Positions 31,953 through 41,186 of a DNA stretch of 64,000 nt are shown in pieces; the first letter of the stretch is position 1; the number at the start of each line of letters is the position of its first letter. A model generated the notes under the pieces. That model was given only the letters and a program-made list of their open reading frames with translations, did no database searches and had not been told where the DNA came from. The DNA is from Terriglobia bacterium (GTDB lineage Bacteria; Acidobacteriota; Terriglobia; JAJPHL01; JAPKYU01). The stretch lies in NCBI GenBank assembly GCA_965206645.1, contig CBDBKE010000004.1, forward strand, positions 512,001-576,000, written 5' to 3'. The translations under genes and the position numbers were made by a program.

Positions 31953-34900
31953 TTAACGGATTTCTATGCGCTCGTTTTTAGCCAGCGCATCGGCCAGTTC
32001 CTTGCGAAGATCGTCAAGGAAAGCATCCACGTCGTCCTGAGATTCGAGGTAGGACGACTTGACGAACTTGCCAGGGGAGACGACCCGCCGGGGCTTGACC
32101 ACCGGCTTGTCCTGCTCTTCCTTACCTTCCCCGGCTTTCCTGGCGAGATATTGCTCGACCTGGGTCAATGCCTCGTCTTTCAAGCGCACGGCTTCGGACT
32201 CGGCTTGGCCGATATGCGCGAGACTATCGTGGGTTGTAACCCGCTTCGCCAGGTTTTCCAGCGGCGTGAGACATGTTGTTTTGAACGATTCGTCCCCACC
32301 CGCTGTCGAGACCTCCGCGCGGACGCTGGCAGTCTGTTCGGCGATTGTTGCAAGCACCTGGACCCGTCGCTCAGAAAGCAGTTCCTCGTTCACTTCGCTT
32401 ACCATGCGGATCAGCCCTTCGGCTTCCTTGACCAGTTCGTACGGACTCGGTGCAGCCAGAATTTCGCCCATCCGGCGCAGTGCGGTGCCAGCGGAATCGT
32501 CGCGCTCCAACTCCATCTGGTTGAGTCTGAATCTGCTCAATGCCGCGCGAAGCTTGTCCCACATGAGGCGCTGATGTTCGTAGAAGTGCTCGATATCATG
32601 GAACCCGTCGGCGAGGTCCAACAGGTCGCTTCTGTGCTCATTTAACCCTGCCAGGAACCTGTTGCTGTCCTCGGGAGCGAGAAGCGCCTTTAAAAGGCTG
32701 AGGCCGTCTGCGATATCCCCGGCTCCGGGGTAACTTCCAGTATCCGCCAGGGTATGATACAGGCTCAACTTACCCCTCCAGTCTCCGAGCCTGCCCTTCA
32801 GGAACTCGAAGAGGGCTTCTTCGCCCTCCGGCCCCATCTCCGAGAACACGTCCCGGCCGAGTTCCCTGGCCTTCTGCACGTCCTCGGGCCGGGACGTAAC
32901 CCGCTGGACGGCAGTGATGTTTCGCCATTTGCGCCGTGACGTGAGCGCTTCGTATAGCTTGCCCTTCGGGATTGCCGCACCGCCTGAGACGAATTGCACT
33001 TCGCCGGCCATGTAGAGCCTGGCCAGCAGAAGAATCACCTCAAACTCAGGCCAGCCATACGGACGATTGGCGTAGCGTGTGGCGATCATGTCAAAAAGTA
33101 CAATCTGTCGGCTGGTCTTCGTGCAAAGCTCGATGTAACTGCGGAGGTCTTCAGTGGCCTGTGGATTGCTCTCGGGCATATCCATCCCGAGGTTGTGTTG
33201 TCCAATATCATTGCTGCGTAGAACGGCCTGGATCTCCTTGAGCGGATCGTCGCGAAGCGTCTTGAGATAGCCCATCTTGTTGAAGGTGTTCTGGATGAGG
33301 TATTCCATCGCCTCACTCAGGGCTGCCTGAGGCGCACTGGCGGCGATCTCCAGCCGCTGTCCCGCCACAAAGTAGCTGGCATCCGTCAGCATCTCGCCAA
33401 GCAGGCGGGTCAGGCGGTCGCGTCGAATGCGATTCTCGTCAGCCAGATCCCTGTGGATCCGTTTCGTGGTGGATAGCAGGGTGCCGTCATCCTTCGTTCG
33501 AATGTATTTGTCCGTCCGTAACAACGCGCGTAGCTCCCGCCCCAGAGTCTCGTCCTCCCGCAGCCGGATGAAAACCTGCCCGCCATCCTGACTGCTTTCC
33601 AGCACGCACTTGCCGTCCTGATAAGACTCGTAGTCATCGTCCAGCGGCGTCATAATCGAGACGATGAGCCCACCCTCGGTACGATTGCCGACCGGATGCT
33701 CGTCGCAAATACGATTGAAGCTGAAATCCATCTTGTTGGCGCTGAAGCGATGTTTGCGCTGACCTTTCAGCACATCGTCGAAGACGAGGTCGCCCAGAAG
33801 CTTGGCCTCCTCCGCACTGCTCAGTTCGACATTCTTGACTTCGCGATTAATGTCGCGCTCTTCGCTGGTCAGGAAGAAGTAAGTGTCGCCGCTACGGTTA
33901 ACGAGTGTTTCCCGCTCCAGCCGCTGAAGACTAGCTTCGATGATTTTTCGTAGAGCGAGGCGGTCTGCGTCGATCTGATCAAGGCACAGGGTGACGAGGT
34001 TATCGACATTGCCTTTGACTTCATCGACATAGCGGATGAGAAAGAGCACTTCGAGTAGCCGGGTGTCAAAGTCTTCCAGACTCGCATTGTCGCTGGCCTG
34101 GTCAATGGTGCGTTTGACGGTTGTGTCGAGGAAGCTCTCAATGGAAGGGTAAAAGCGATACAGCGGAACCAGGATGCCCACTTCCCTGTCGGACACGGAC
34201 TGCCCCGCATGCTGGAAGGCGTCCAGCAATGAGCGCTCACCTTGCGCCAGATGGAGCCCGGTGGCCCCCGCCTTGCGGATCGACTCGAAAATCTTCTGGA
34301 GCAGCTTGAACTGATAGGGTGCAAAGGGGTAATTCCGCACGAAATCATCCGCATCCCTGAACTGTGGGAAGGTCGTACCAACATCCTTGAAGGACAGTTG
34401 ATTCTTAAGGATGTCACTCTGCCTGACGTACTCCGTTTCCAGATCGGCCCGTACTTCTTCCCGTTTGGCAAGCAGGCGTTTCTGAATGACCTCATCTACA
34501 TTGGCGCTGGACAGCGACAGGCGGGTGCGGAACCGACCCTGGATTTTGGAAAAGTCGTTGGCACGGGTTCCCTGCATCTCACCGAGCACCGCATCGATGT
34601 CCTCCTGCGATGTGACGACGACCCAAGCCCGGCCCATGCAGACGGTGCCCAGTTCTTCGGTGATGGTTTGCAGATTGAGCATCAGGTGGGGATCGGTGCC
34701 GATGAACTGCCCAACCTCGTCAACGAGAAAGACGATGCGGTGGTCCTCTCCCATGCCGTCAAGATATTCTTGGACCCATTTGCAGAAGTTCTCGATGGTC
34801 AGGGCGAAGTTGCCCTCGGCGCCGTCAATCCATTTCTCGCAGGATTGTTCACTCTGGCCGAGGGTATGGGCCAGTGCCTTGATAACCTCGTCCCGATTGA

Positions 34901-35525
34901 ACGCGTAGGCGTCGCGTTCTTCGGTCCAGTGGGTGCCGGTCAGTGTCCGATAGGCATCGTGAAAGACCCCAAGCTTGCTCTTGCCTTCGAGATAACGCTC
35001 CATGTGGGCGATATGTGGGTGATCGCTACTGTAGCCCGCCAACTCGTTCAGCACTTTGAGGAACACCGCCATGATGGCATCGCGACCGGCCCTGTTGTCC
35101 GCCTTGCTGTCGATATTGAACAGAATGACATCGGTATGGGATGCGACCGCGCGCTTGATGTCTCCGAGCAGCATTGCATCCTTGATTTTTGTATCGAAGA
35201 ACTCGACGGCCCGCCGGGTCTGGCCATCATGCGTATGGTTCACGTTATTAAGCAGGCAGGACAGAACTTTGAGGAAATGGGATTTGCCGGAACCAAAAAA
35301 ACCCGAGACCCAGACCCCGATCCTTCCTGTAACATCCGGGTCCCCGGTCTTATCCATCGCTTCGCAGTAGCCGGAAAAGAAGCGCCGAAGGTGTTGATCC
35401 AGTTCCTTCGTGACGACGAACTCCTCCAACTCTTGCCAGACCGATGATTCGTCCAGCTGATCGGCTTTCACGACGCCATTGATGGGCCGGAAAATGTCCT
35501 TTTGGAATAGGTTCTGAATACGCAT
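31953..35525 (-). CDS. brxC: BREX P-loop ATPase BrxC
   Basis: DIFRPINGVVKA, GVWVSGFFGSGKSH, LVDEVGQ, VTSQE, KIQGRF, YPF.PYQ. Confidence 0.93.
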   Translation of the reverse strand: MRIQNLFQKDIFRPINGVVKADQLDESSVWQELEEFVVTKELDQHLRRFFSGYCEAMDKTGDPDVTGRIGVWVSGFFGSGKSHFLKVLSCLLNNVNHTHDGQTRRAVEFFDTKIKDAMLLGDIKRAVASHTDVILFNIDSKADNRAGRDAIMAVFLKVLNELAGYSSDHPHIAHMERYLEGKSKLGVFHDAYRTLTGTHWTEERDAYAFNRDEVIKALAHTLGQSEQSCEKWIDGAEGNFALTIENFCKWVQEYLDGMGEDHRIVFLVDEVGQFIGTDPHLMLNLQTITEELGTVCMGRAWVVVTSQEDIDAVLGEMQGTRANDFSKIQGRFRTRLSLSSANVDEVIQKRLLAKREEVRADLETEYVRQSDILKNQLSFKDVGTTFPQFRDADDFVRNYPFAPYQFKLLQKIFESIRKAGATGLHLAQGERSLLDAFQHAGQSVSDREVGILVPLYRFYPSIESFLDTTVKRTIDQASDNASLEDFDTRLLEVLFLIRYVDEVKGNVDNLVTLCLDQIDADRLALRKIIEASLQRLERETLVNRSGDTYFFLTSEERDINREVKNVELSSAEEAKLLGDLVFDDVLKGQRKHRFSANKMDFSFNRICDEHPVGNRTEGGLIVSIMTPLDDDYESYQDGKCVLESSQDGGQVFIRLREDETLGRELRALLRTDKYIRTKDDGTLLSTTKRIHRDLADENRIRRDRLTRLLGEMLTDASYFVAGQRLEIAASAPQAALSEAMEYLIQNTFNKMGYLKTLRDDPLKEIQAVLRSNDIGQHNLGMDMPESNPQATEDLRSYIELCTKTSRQIVLFDMIATRYANRPYGWPEFEVILLLARLYMAGEVQFVSGGAAIPKGKLYEALTSRRKWRNITAVQRVTSRPEDVQKARELGRDVFSEMGPEGEEALFEFLKGRLGDWRGKLSLYHTLADTGSYPGAGDIADGLSLLKALLAPEDSNRFLAGLNEHRSDLLDLADGFHDIEHFYEHQRLMWDKLRAALSRFRLNQMELERDDSAGTALRRMGEILAAPSPYELVKEAEGLIRMVSEVNEELLSERRVQVLATIAEQTASVRAEVSTAGGDESFKTTCLTPLENLAKRVTTHDSLAHIGQAESEAVRLKDEALTQVEQYLARKAGEGKEEQDKPVVKPRRVVSPGKFVKSSYLESQDDVDAFLDDLRKELADALAKNERIEIR

Positions 35526-35538
35526 CAATTCTCCCGCT

Positions 35539-36147
35539 TTAATCAATCAGCCTGAAGGCCCGATAGTAGTTTGTTTGCTTCTTGCGTTCCTCAGCGGAAC
35601 CACCGGCCAGGCCGGTCTTGCCAAAGAGCCGTAATGTCTGCGTGTCATATCTGCCGGGGTAGAACATAACCAGGGGCGTCTGCCCCATGATGGCGTGCAG
35701 ATTGCTGAGCAAGGTATGCGATCGGAGTAGCGGATACGCACTGCCGATCCCGGATATCAAAACGAGGTCCTGCTCTGCGGGCTTTGTGATGTCGGCAAAA
35801 CGTTGAGCGATCTTTTCCTCATGCATGATGCCCTTCAATGCCTTGAGGAGCGCATCGTTGCCTTTCTCGCGCTGCAACCGGAACGACTTCTCCAGCAGGT
35901 TGCGCTCCTTGAGGTAATGGATCAGGAAGTCAAAGAGGTTGATGTGGGCCACCCGCATACCGGGCCTGTTCTTCGGCAGGTGATCCACGAGGAACTGGAT
36001 GTGGTCGCGGACGCGCAACTCATCCTCTGGCTCATAATCGAAGATGTAGAAAGCGATCTCATTGCCAATGCCATGGGCTTTGAGGAAACCATCCGATCTG
36101 AGCTTCGGAAGTATTTGGTTGAGGCGCAAGGTCAGCGAGTCACTCAT
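35539..36147 (-). CDS. brxB: BREX protein BrxB (DUF1788)
   Basis: GNEIAFYIFDY, YPLLRSH, MFYPG.Y, NYYRAF. Confidence 0.92.
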   Translation of the reverse strand: MSDSLTLRLNQILPKLRSDGFLKAHGIGNEIAFYIFDYEPEDELRVRDHIQFLVDHLPKNRPGMRVAHINLFDFLIHYLKERNLLEKSFRLQREKGNDALLKALKGIMHEEKIAQRFADITKPAEQDLVLISGIGSAYPLLRSHTLLSNLHAIMGQTPLVMFYPGRYDTQTLRLFGKTGLAGGSAEERKKQTNYYRAFRLID

Positions 36148-36758
36148 GGTCGAACCTCAATGCAGCGGAGCACGTACTTTTCGTCCTGCTCATGCAGGTA
36201 GTTCAGCACTTCCCTGGCAACATGAACCGTTTGCAGCTTGAGGGTTCGTGCGTTCTCGACGTAGCCGGCCTGCGCAAGGATCGCGAAGACAGTCGAACGT
36301 AAGCGCGCTACTGTCGATGCACTCCAGTCCGACATGCCCGGATCACGATTGCGACAATCCTCAATGAAGTGCTCCCAAATTGGGTTGGAGAGGGCCGGAC
36401 GGAATAATCGGTACTGCTCACGCACCGCAATATCCAGAAAGTCACCGAGTGAAGGACTATGTTTCACGGCAGCGGCGAGGCAGGCGTGCGTTGCAAGCGG
36501 GACCGAACCATCACGGACCATTTCCCAAAGCGCGGGCTGCATTAATTCAAGACGGGCACGGAGCAGTTGGCCCAACCGCACGGCTGTTTCCGGGCTTTGG
36601 ATCTGGAGAACGTTCTTCTCCACCAGTTCAGTGCGCCAGTCGTGGGCGTTAACACCCTGCAACAAAAGGTCTGCGATAGTTCGGCTCGCGGCGACTTTCA
36701 GGGAACTCGCCGCGATAGTTGCTCGATAGCGTACGGCGTCGTGTGGGTTCCTGTCCAT
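36144..36758 (-). CDS. brxA: BREX protein BrxA (DUF1819)
   Basis: SL...SR.IADLLL, N.LQ..S, WSAST...L, LAQAGY; first gene of the canonical order. The start may lie further upstream. Confidence 0.88.
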   Translation of the reverse strand: MDRNPHDAVRYRATIAASSLKVAASRTIADLLLQGVNAHDWRTELVEKNVLQIQSPETAVRLGQLLRARLELMQPALWEMVRDGSVPLATHACLAAAVKHSPSLGDFLDIAVREQYRLFRPALSNPIWEHFIEDCRNRDPGMSDWSASTVARLRSTVFAILAQAGYVENARTLKLQTVHVAREVLNYLHEQDEKYVLRCIEVRP

Positions 36759-36862
36759 ACGTCGAATATTTGTCGCCTCTTCCCTGAGGTATGAAGATCC
36801 GACTGGTTGCGTTCCCTGAGTCATTCCATACCTCAGTGTCTTTACATTGAGGCCATAGCCGC

Positions 36863-38110
36863 CTATCGTGTCCACAGTTCGTTCAGCGGCACGGCGAGCA
36901 TGCGTTTGTCGCCCAAGGGCAAGAGGTCCCGGCCAGCATAGAGCAGGATACCGCGCTGGAAATCCTTACCGCAGCGATCCGCCAGCCGCGCGAGCCCTTG
37001 ACCGTCCTTGTGCTTCAACGAGGCAGCAGCCTTGACTTCGACACCCCAGGTCTTCCGGCCCCGTGTTATGACGATGTCGACCTCAACCTGATCCTTATCG
37101 CGGTAATGCCAGAAACGCAGGTCCCCGTCCGTCCAAGCTGCCTGGGCGATCAACTGCTGAACCACGAACGACTCCAGCAGATGCCCCATGCGATCCCGCC
37201 GGTCGAGCCAGTCGGCAGACGTCAGGTCGGCGAGAGCCGCCCCGAGACCGCTGTCCAGCAGATGCACCTTTGGCGATTTGACAAGCCGTTTCGCGGTGTT
37301 GCGGTGCCAGGCGGGCAGGCGTCTCACCAAGAAGAGCCGTTCGAGCACGGCCAGGTAGTGGTCCACGGTCTCCCGGTGCAAGCCGAGGTCGTTTGCAAGA
37401 GCGCTTGCGTTCACCAACTGCGCGCTCCGCAAGGCGAGCAATTCCAGGAGGTGGGCTAGTTCGCGCGCGCCTTTCACCCTCGCAACATCCTGAACGTCAC
37501 GCTCGACGATGCCGCGCAGATATTGCCGGTGCCATTGTCGGGCGCGGCGCGGCGCGCGGTCGAGGGGTTCGGGATAGCCACCTGCCACCAGCCTTACAGC
37601 TAGTCCCGGTTCGGACCTGCCGGTTCCTCCCGTGATGTTGGGCTTGAGAGAACCTTCCAGCAGAGCGCTCAGGAACCGGCCAGGCTTGCGTTCCTTTTCC
37701 GCTTCCGTGAGCGGCTGCAACTGCACGATCTCCATGCGTCCCGCCAGAGATTCGGTGACTTTCGGCACGAACAATAGATTGGCCGATCCAGTTAGCAGAA
37801 AACGGCCGGGGCGGCGATCCCGATCTACGGCGCGTTTGATGGAGGGAAGCAGCGCTGGAGCCCGTTGAACCTCGTCCAGGGTTACGGCATCGGGCAGGCT
37901 CGCGATAAAGCCCTCAGGATCCTCGACTGCCGTTCGATGGTAGTTATTCTCGTCCAGGCTGATATAGGCGCGATCCGGTGCCAATTGCTGAACGAGCGTG
38001 GTCTTGCCCGTTTGCCGAGGCCCAAGCACGCAGACCACCGGCGTATCGGCTAACGCTTCTCGGATGACTGGAGCCAGTAAACGGGGGAACAGGAATTTAT
38101 CACCGTCCAT
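36863..38110 (-). CDS. AAA_14 ATPase with DUF4143 domain
   Basis: GPRQTGKTT, LDEVQR, LLTGS, ESLAGR, GGYP, KRLVKSPKV...DSG, YRD...EVD...EVK. Confidence 0.88.
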   Translation of the reverse strand: MDGDKFLFPRLLAPVIREALADTPVVCVLGPRQTGKTTLVQQLAPDRAYISLDENNYHRTAVEDPEGFIASLPDAVTLDEVQRAPALLPSIKRAVDRDRRPGRFLLTGSANLLFVPKVTESLAGRMEIVQLQPLTEAEKERKPGRFLSALLEGSLKPNITGGTGRSEPGLAVRLVAGGYPEPLDRAPRRARQWHRQYLRGIVERDVQDVARVKGARELAHLLELLALRSAQLVNASALANDLGLHRETVDHYLAVLERLFLVRRLPAWHRNTAKRLVKSPKVHLLDSGLGAALADLTSADWLDRRDRMGHLLESFVVQQLIAQAAWTDGDLRFWHYRDKDQVEVDIVITRGRKTWGVEVKAAASLKHKDGQGLARLADRCGKDFQRGILLYAGRDLLPLGDKRMLAVPLNELWTR

Positions 38111-38155
38111 ATGTCGATCATTATACCGTCTAATGGATGTTCTGTAAACCGTCCA
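38102..38155 (-). promoter_or_regulatory. sigma70-type promoter TTTACA-N17-TATAAT overlapped by three direct repeats
   Basis: -35 at 38143-38148 and -10 at 38120-38125 (minus strand); ACCGTC at 38102, 38125 and 38148. Confidence 0.7.
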
Positions 38156-38193
38156 AATGCTGGAATATTGAGACTGCAGTGTGTGGCGCACAC

Positions 38194-38815
38194 GGCGCTG
38201 TTGCACGATTCAATCCCGGCGTGAGGGGGCTGCTTTCCCAATCCCTCGTTCACGACACCACGGCATAGGATTTCGGCCTACCGAGCTCGGCCATCCGGTT
38301 GAGGATGTGACACCCGATCGCGATCTTTCTCCGTTGCCCCTTGTTGTGCATTGCCTTCAGGCCGCCTCCGAACACGGACTTGTATCGGAAGAACCAGTTC
38401 TCCACGCGTGCCTGCTGTCGGTAGCCCGACTCCTTCTGCCACGCTCGTCGCCCAACCTTGCGAACTCTCTGAAGAGCCGCTTCACGCTGCGTCCGTGGAC
38501 CTCAGCGACACCGCAGAGCGACGAGGGGGATCACAATCACGACGTCCTCTGTACCGGCCGCGCTGGCCCGACCGTAGACCGACCTGTGGTCGTAGGCCTA
38601 GTCGCCGTGAAACGCCGGATGGGAACTTCGATCGGGTCGAGAAGATCAGGGAGTCGTACCAGCTGTTCGCTGTGAGTTCGGCCGCCACAATGAACCCCTC
38701 GGCAGCCACTCCGATGGGCAGCTTCCGCCTACCCCGGCGTTTCTTCGACGCCGTGTGCTTGCGCGCGTTCCATTCGCCGCAACCTAAAGTCTTGAACTCT
38801 GTGGAATCAACGAGC
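38194..38815 (-). mobile_element. IS5-family (IS903 group) right-end remnant, degraded transposase C-terminus
   Basis: WQKESGYRQQARVENWFFRYK.VFG...ILNRMAELG.P; terminal GGCGCTGTTGCAC at 38194. Confidence 0.75.
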
Positions 38816-38819
38816 TGAT

Positions 38820-39083
38820 CGAGTCGGGCAAGGTGCTGGCCCGCTCAAAGATAGTTCCTGCCATCGGGGAAATCATGCGTCCACAGTAATCGCACCCCCA
38901 TGCCGGACGCTCAGTCACGCGATAGTGCTCTCGGTCCTCATTGCACTTCTCGCAGCACGTGATTCCTCCGGGGAACCGCTTCTCTTTGATGCATTGTAGG
39001 CAAGATTCATTGTCTGGAAAGTTTCTGTTAAACCCATCAAGGGTAAAGCACAAGTGCCTTGAAATGCTCTGGCTTCTGTTCAT
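38820..39083 (-). pseudogene. IS1595-family transposase N-terminal Zn-ribbon remnant
   Basis: F...FPD.ESC....RFP.G..C.KC...C..C...S..AGTIFE. Confidence 0.7.
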
Positions 39084-39472
39084 GCCTACCACTCCATAGG
39101 GACAGAGTAGCAGATTCCGTACTTGTCTAAATGGTTTGCAGAGGCAAAGAAGAAGATAGAAAGCGGTCACTACAGCTCCGCTGTGGACTCCGAAGCAGAA
39201 GGTGGTGGTTAGGGAAGGTATATCCCCGGGCTCGACAAAGCGCGTCCTTAGGACGAGGCGGGCTATTGCAGATCGAAAACCATTACCGCAACAACGTGCT
39301 GCGCAGCCCGTAGAGCATGACCGTGGCAGCAACGACTGTCAAGAAACTGTCACAAAACTCGCCCATCAAGAGGGCTAGGCGTAGGCGTTGCGAGCGAAAG
39401 CAGACGCCCCAAAACCGTGTAAGGGCAACGAAAGGAAAGAGTTGGGAGAAAACCGTGGAAGCCGCCAGCCTT

Positions 39473-39518
39473 CCTTCTAAGCAGAGGGTCGCAGGTTCGA
39501 GTCCTGCCGGGCGCGCCA
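39473..39518 (+). repeat. tRNA-Arg(TCT) 3' fragment, att-like copy 1
   Basis: CCTTCTAAGCAGAGGGTCGCAGGTTCGAGTCCTGCCGGGCGCGCCA; no D-arm or 5' acceptor strand. Paired ACTGTCA repeats lie upstream and CCAATTCT repeats downstream. Confidence 0.85.
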
Positions 39519-39806
39519 TTTCTTTCCAGAATCTGCGCATTACCTTGTTCGTCGACCAATTCTTGGCCAATTCTCGCCTCTCCGAGTGACCGGTCCTCCG
39601 CCACATGTAGCTGACTGAAGTACTCGCCGCCCATTCGCCTTCCCTTCCGCGCCGCCCGATGGCACTGTTGTGTCGCTGATGCCGAAACCCAAGCGCCCCA
39701 CTCGCCCCATCGCCGTCTATGTCGGAGTCACTGAAGAAGAAATGACCCGCCTCGGGAGGAACCGAGCCGTCTCGATGTCTGACCACCCCACGCCGCTCGC
39801 GCGTGG

Positions 39807-40865
39807 TCAGGCGTCGCCGCGGAGCAGCTGCTGCTGCCACGGCAGCAGCGTGTCCTTGCCGTCATCGCCCTTGACGGCGATGTGTTCGAGCGCCGCCCGC
39901 GGAGCGATCAGGTCCGCGTCGATGGCCAGTGCTGCCGCAGCCCGATCCCGCCGTTGCTTGAGCGCGGCGACACGCTTCTCCTGGTCTCTTGTGCAGCGTT
40001 TACGTGTCTTGGCCGGGACACGGCCCGGCCATCCAGATCGGTCGAGCCTCAGTGCGTCGTCCACGGCCCACTCGAAACCCGCGCGACGGGCGCTGCGCAT
40101 GCTGCGGGACGATACCGCCTCACCCCGATCGAGACGCCGCGTGGCGTCGACGAGATCCTCGTTCGACAAGATGTGAAACGGGGGGCGGTCGACGGTGCGA
40201 GCCTCGTCCTCGCGCCAATGCCACAGAGCGCGCAATACGGCCCTCGCGCGCGGCCCGAGCGTGTGGCTGCCGCGCATGCGCCACTCGGTCTGCGGGTCGT
40301 GCTCGCGAACAACGCGCGCGGCGGCCACCGCTTGCTGACACGATTGCTCCAGCCACGCGAGGCGCCCGAGATCTTCGAGCCGCCGCTCAAGCAGCTCCGC
40401 GAGCGGCAATAGAAAGTGGGTGTCGTTGCGCGCGTACTGGGCTAACTTGGGCGCCAGCGGTCGGCGAGCCCAGTTGGCCTTCTGCGAGCCCTTGGGCAGG
40501 GTGATGTCGAAGTGCTCGGCGACCAGCGCGGAGTAACCGAACTTGGCGACGCCGGTGAGCCGCGCTGCGATCACAGTGTCGAAGAGCTTGCCCGGTGCGT
40601 CGAGACCGAGTCGATACAACATACGCAGGTCGAAGTCGGCGCCGTGCAAGACGATCTCGGTTCGCGACAGCGCGTCCAACAACGGCGACAGATCGAGCTC
40701 GGCCAGCGGGTCGACGAGCTCATCGGTGTCGGGGAGCCCGACTTGAACCAGGCAGACCTTCTCGCGATAGCAGTGCAGGCTGTCGGCCTCGGTGTCGACG
40801 CCGAGGCGGGCCGTCTCGGCGATTCGCGCGACAAGCTCGGCCAGCGCTATCGAGGTCTCAATCAC
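39807..40865 (-). CDS. rnd: ribonuclease D (3'-5' exonuclease + HRDC)
   Basis: GVDTEADSLH.Y...CLVQ, LHGADFD, FDT..AA, NW..RPL, YA.ND, WRE..A...DRPPF.IL. Confidence 0.88.
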   Translation of the reverse strand: MIETSIALAELVARIAETARLGVDTEADSLHCYREKVCLVQVGLPDTDELVDPLAELDLSPLLDALSRTEIVLHGADFDLRMLYRLGLDAPGKLFDTVIAARLTGVAKFGYSALVAEHFDITLPKGSQKANWARRPLAPKLAQYARNDTHFLLPLAELLERRLEDLGRLAWLEQSCQQAVAAARVVREHDPQTEWRMRGSHTLGPRARAVLRALWHWREDEARTVDRPPFHILSNEDLVDATRRLDRGEAVSSRSMRSARRAGFEWAVDDALRLDRSGWPGRVPAKTRKRCTRDQEKRVAALKQRRDRAAAALAIDADLIAPRAALEHIAVKGDDGKDTLLPWQQQLLRGDA

Positions 40866-41085
40866 GGCGCGGAACCCTTGTGCCTACCGGAAATCTCGTC
40901 CACGTTATGGCGTAGGCGCGATTGCCGATGAATCGCATCACCGCGTCGATGACCATCGGGTCGAGCATCGCACGGCCATCCACCTGGCGTCGGCTGAGTC
41001 CGGCTGTTCGCCTGTCTTCAGAGAATCTCGACTAAGAGGCTCTCACAAAACCTCGCGCACACGCGACTCGTCAAACTGATGGGGA

Positions 41086-41117
41086 GGTCGCAGGCTCGAA
41101 TCCTGCCGGGCGCGCCA
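41086..41117 (+). repeat. degenerate tRNA-Arg 3' fragment, att-like copy 2
   Basis: GGTCGCAGGCTCGAATCCTGCCGGGCGCGCCA; two mismatches to copies 1 and 3. Confidence 0.8.
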
Positions 41118-41186
41118 ATACTCGTGTAGTTGGCCGCCAGGGGAATCGGAAAACGGACATCGATGGCGGCGACGTGGGCGACATCG

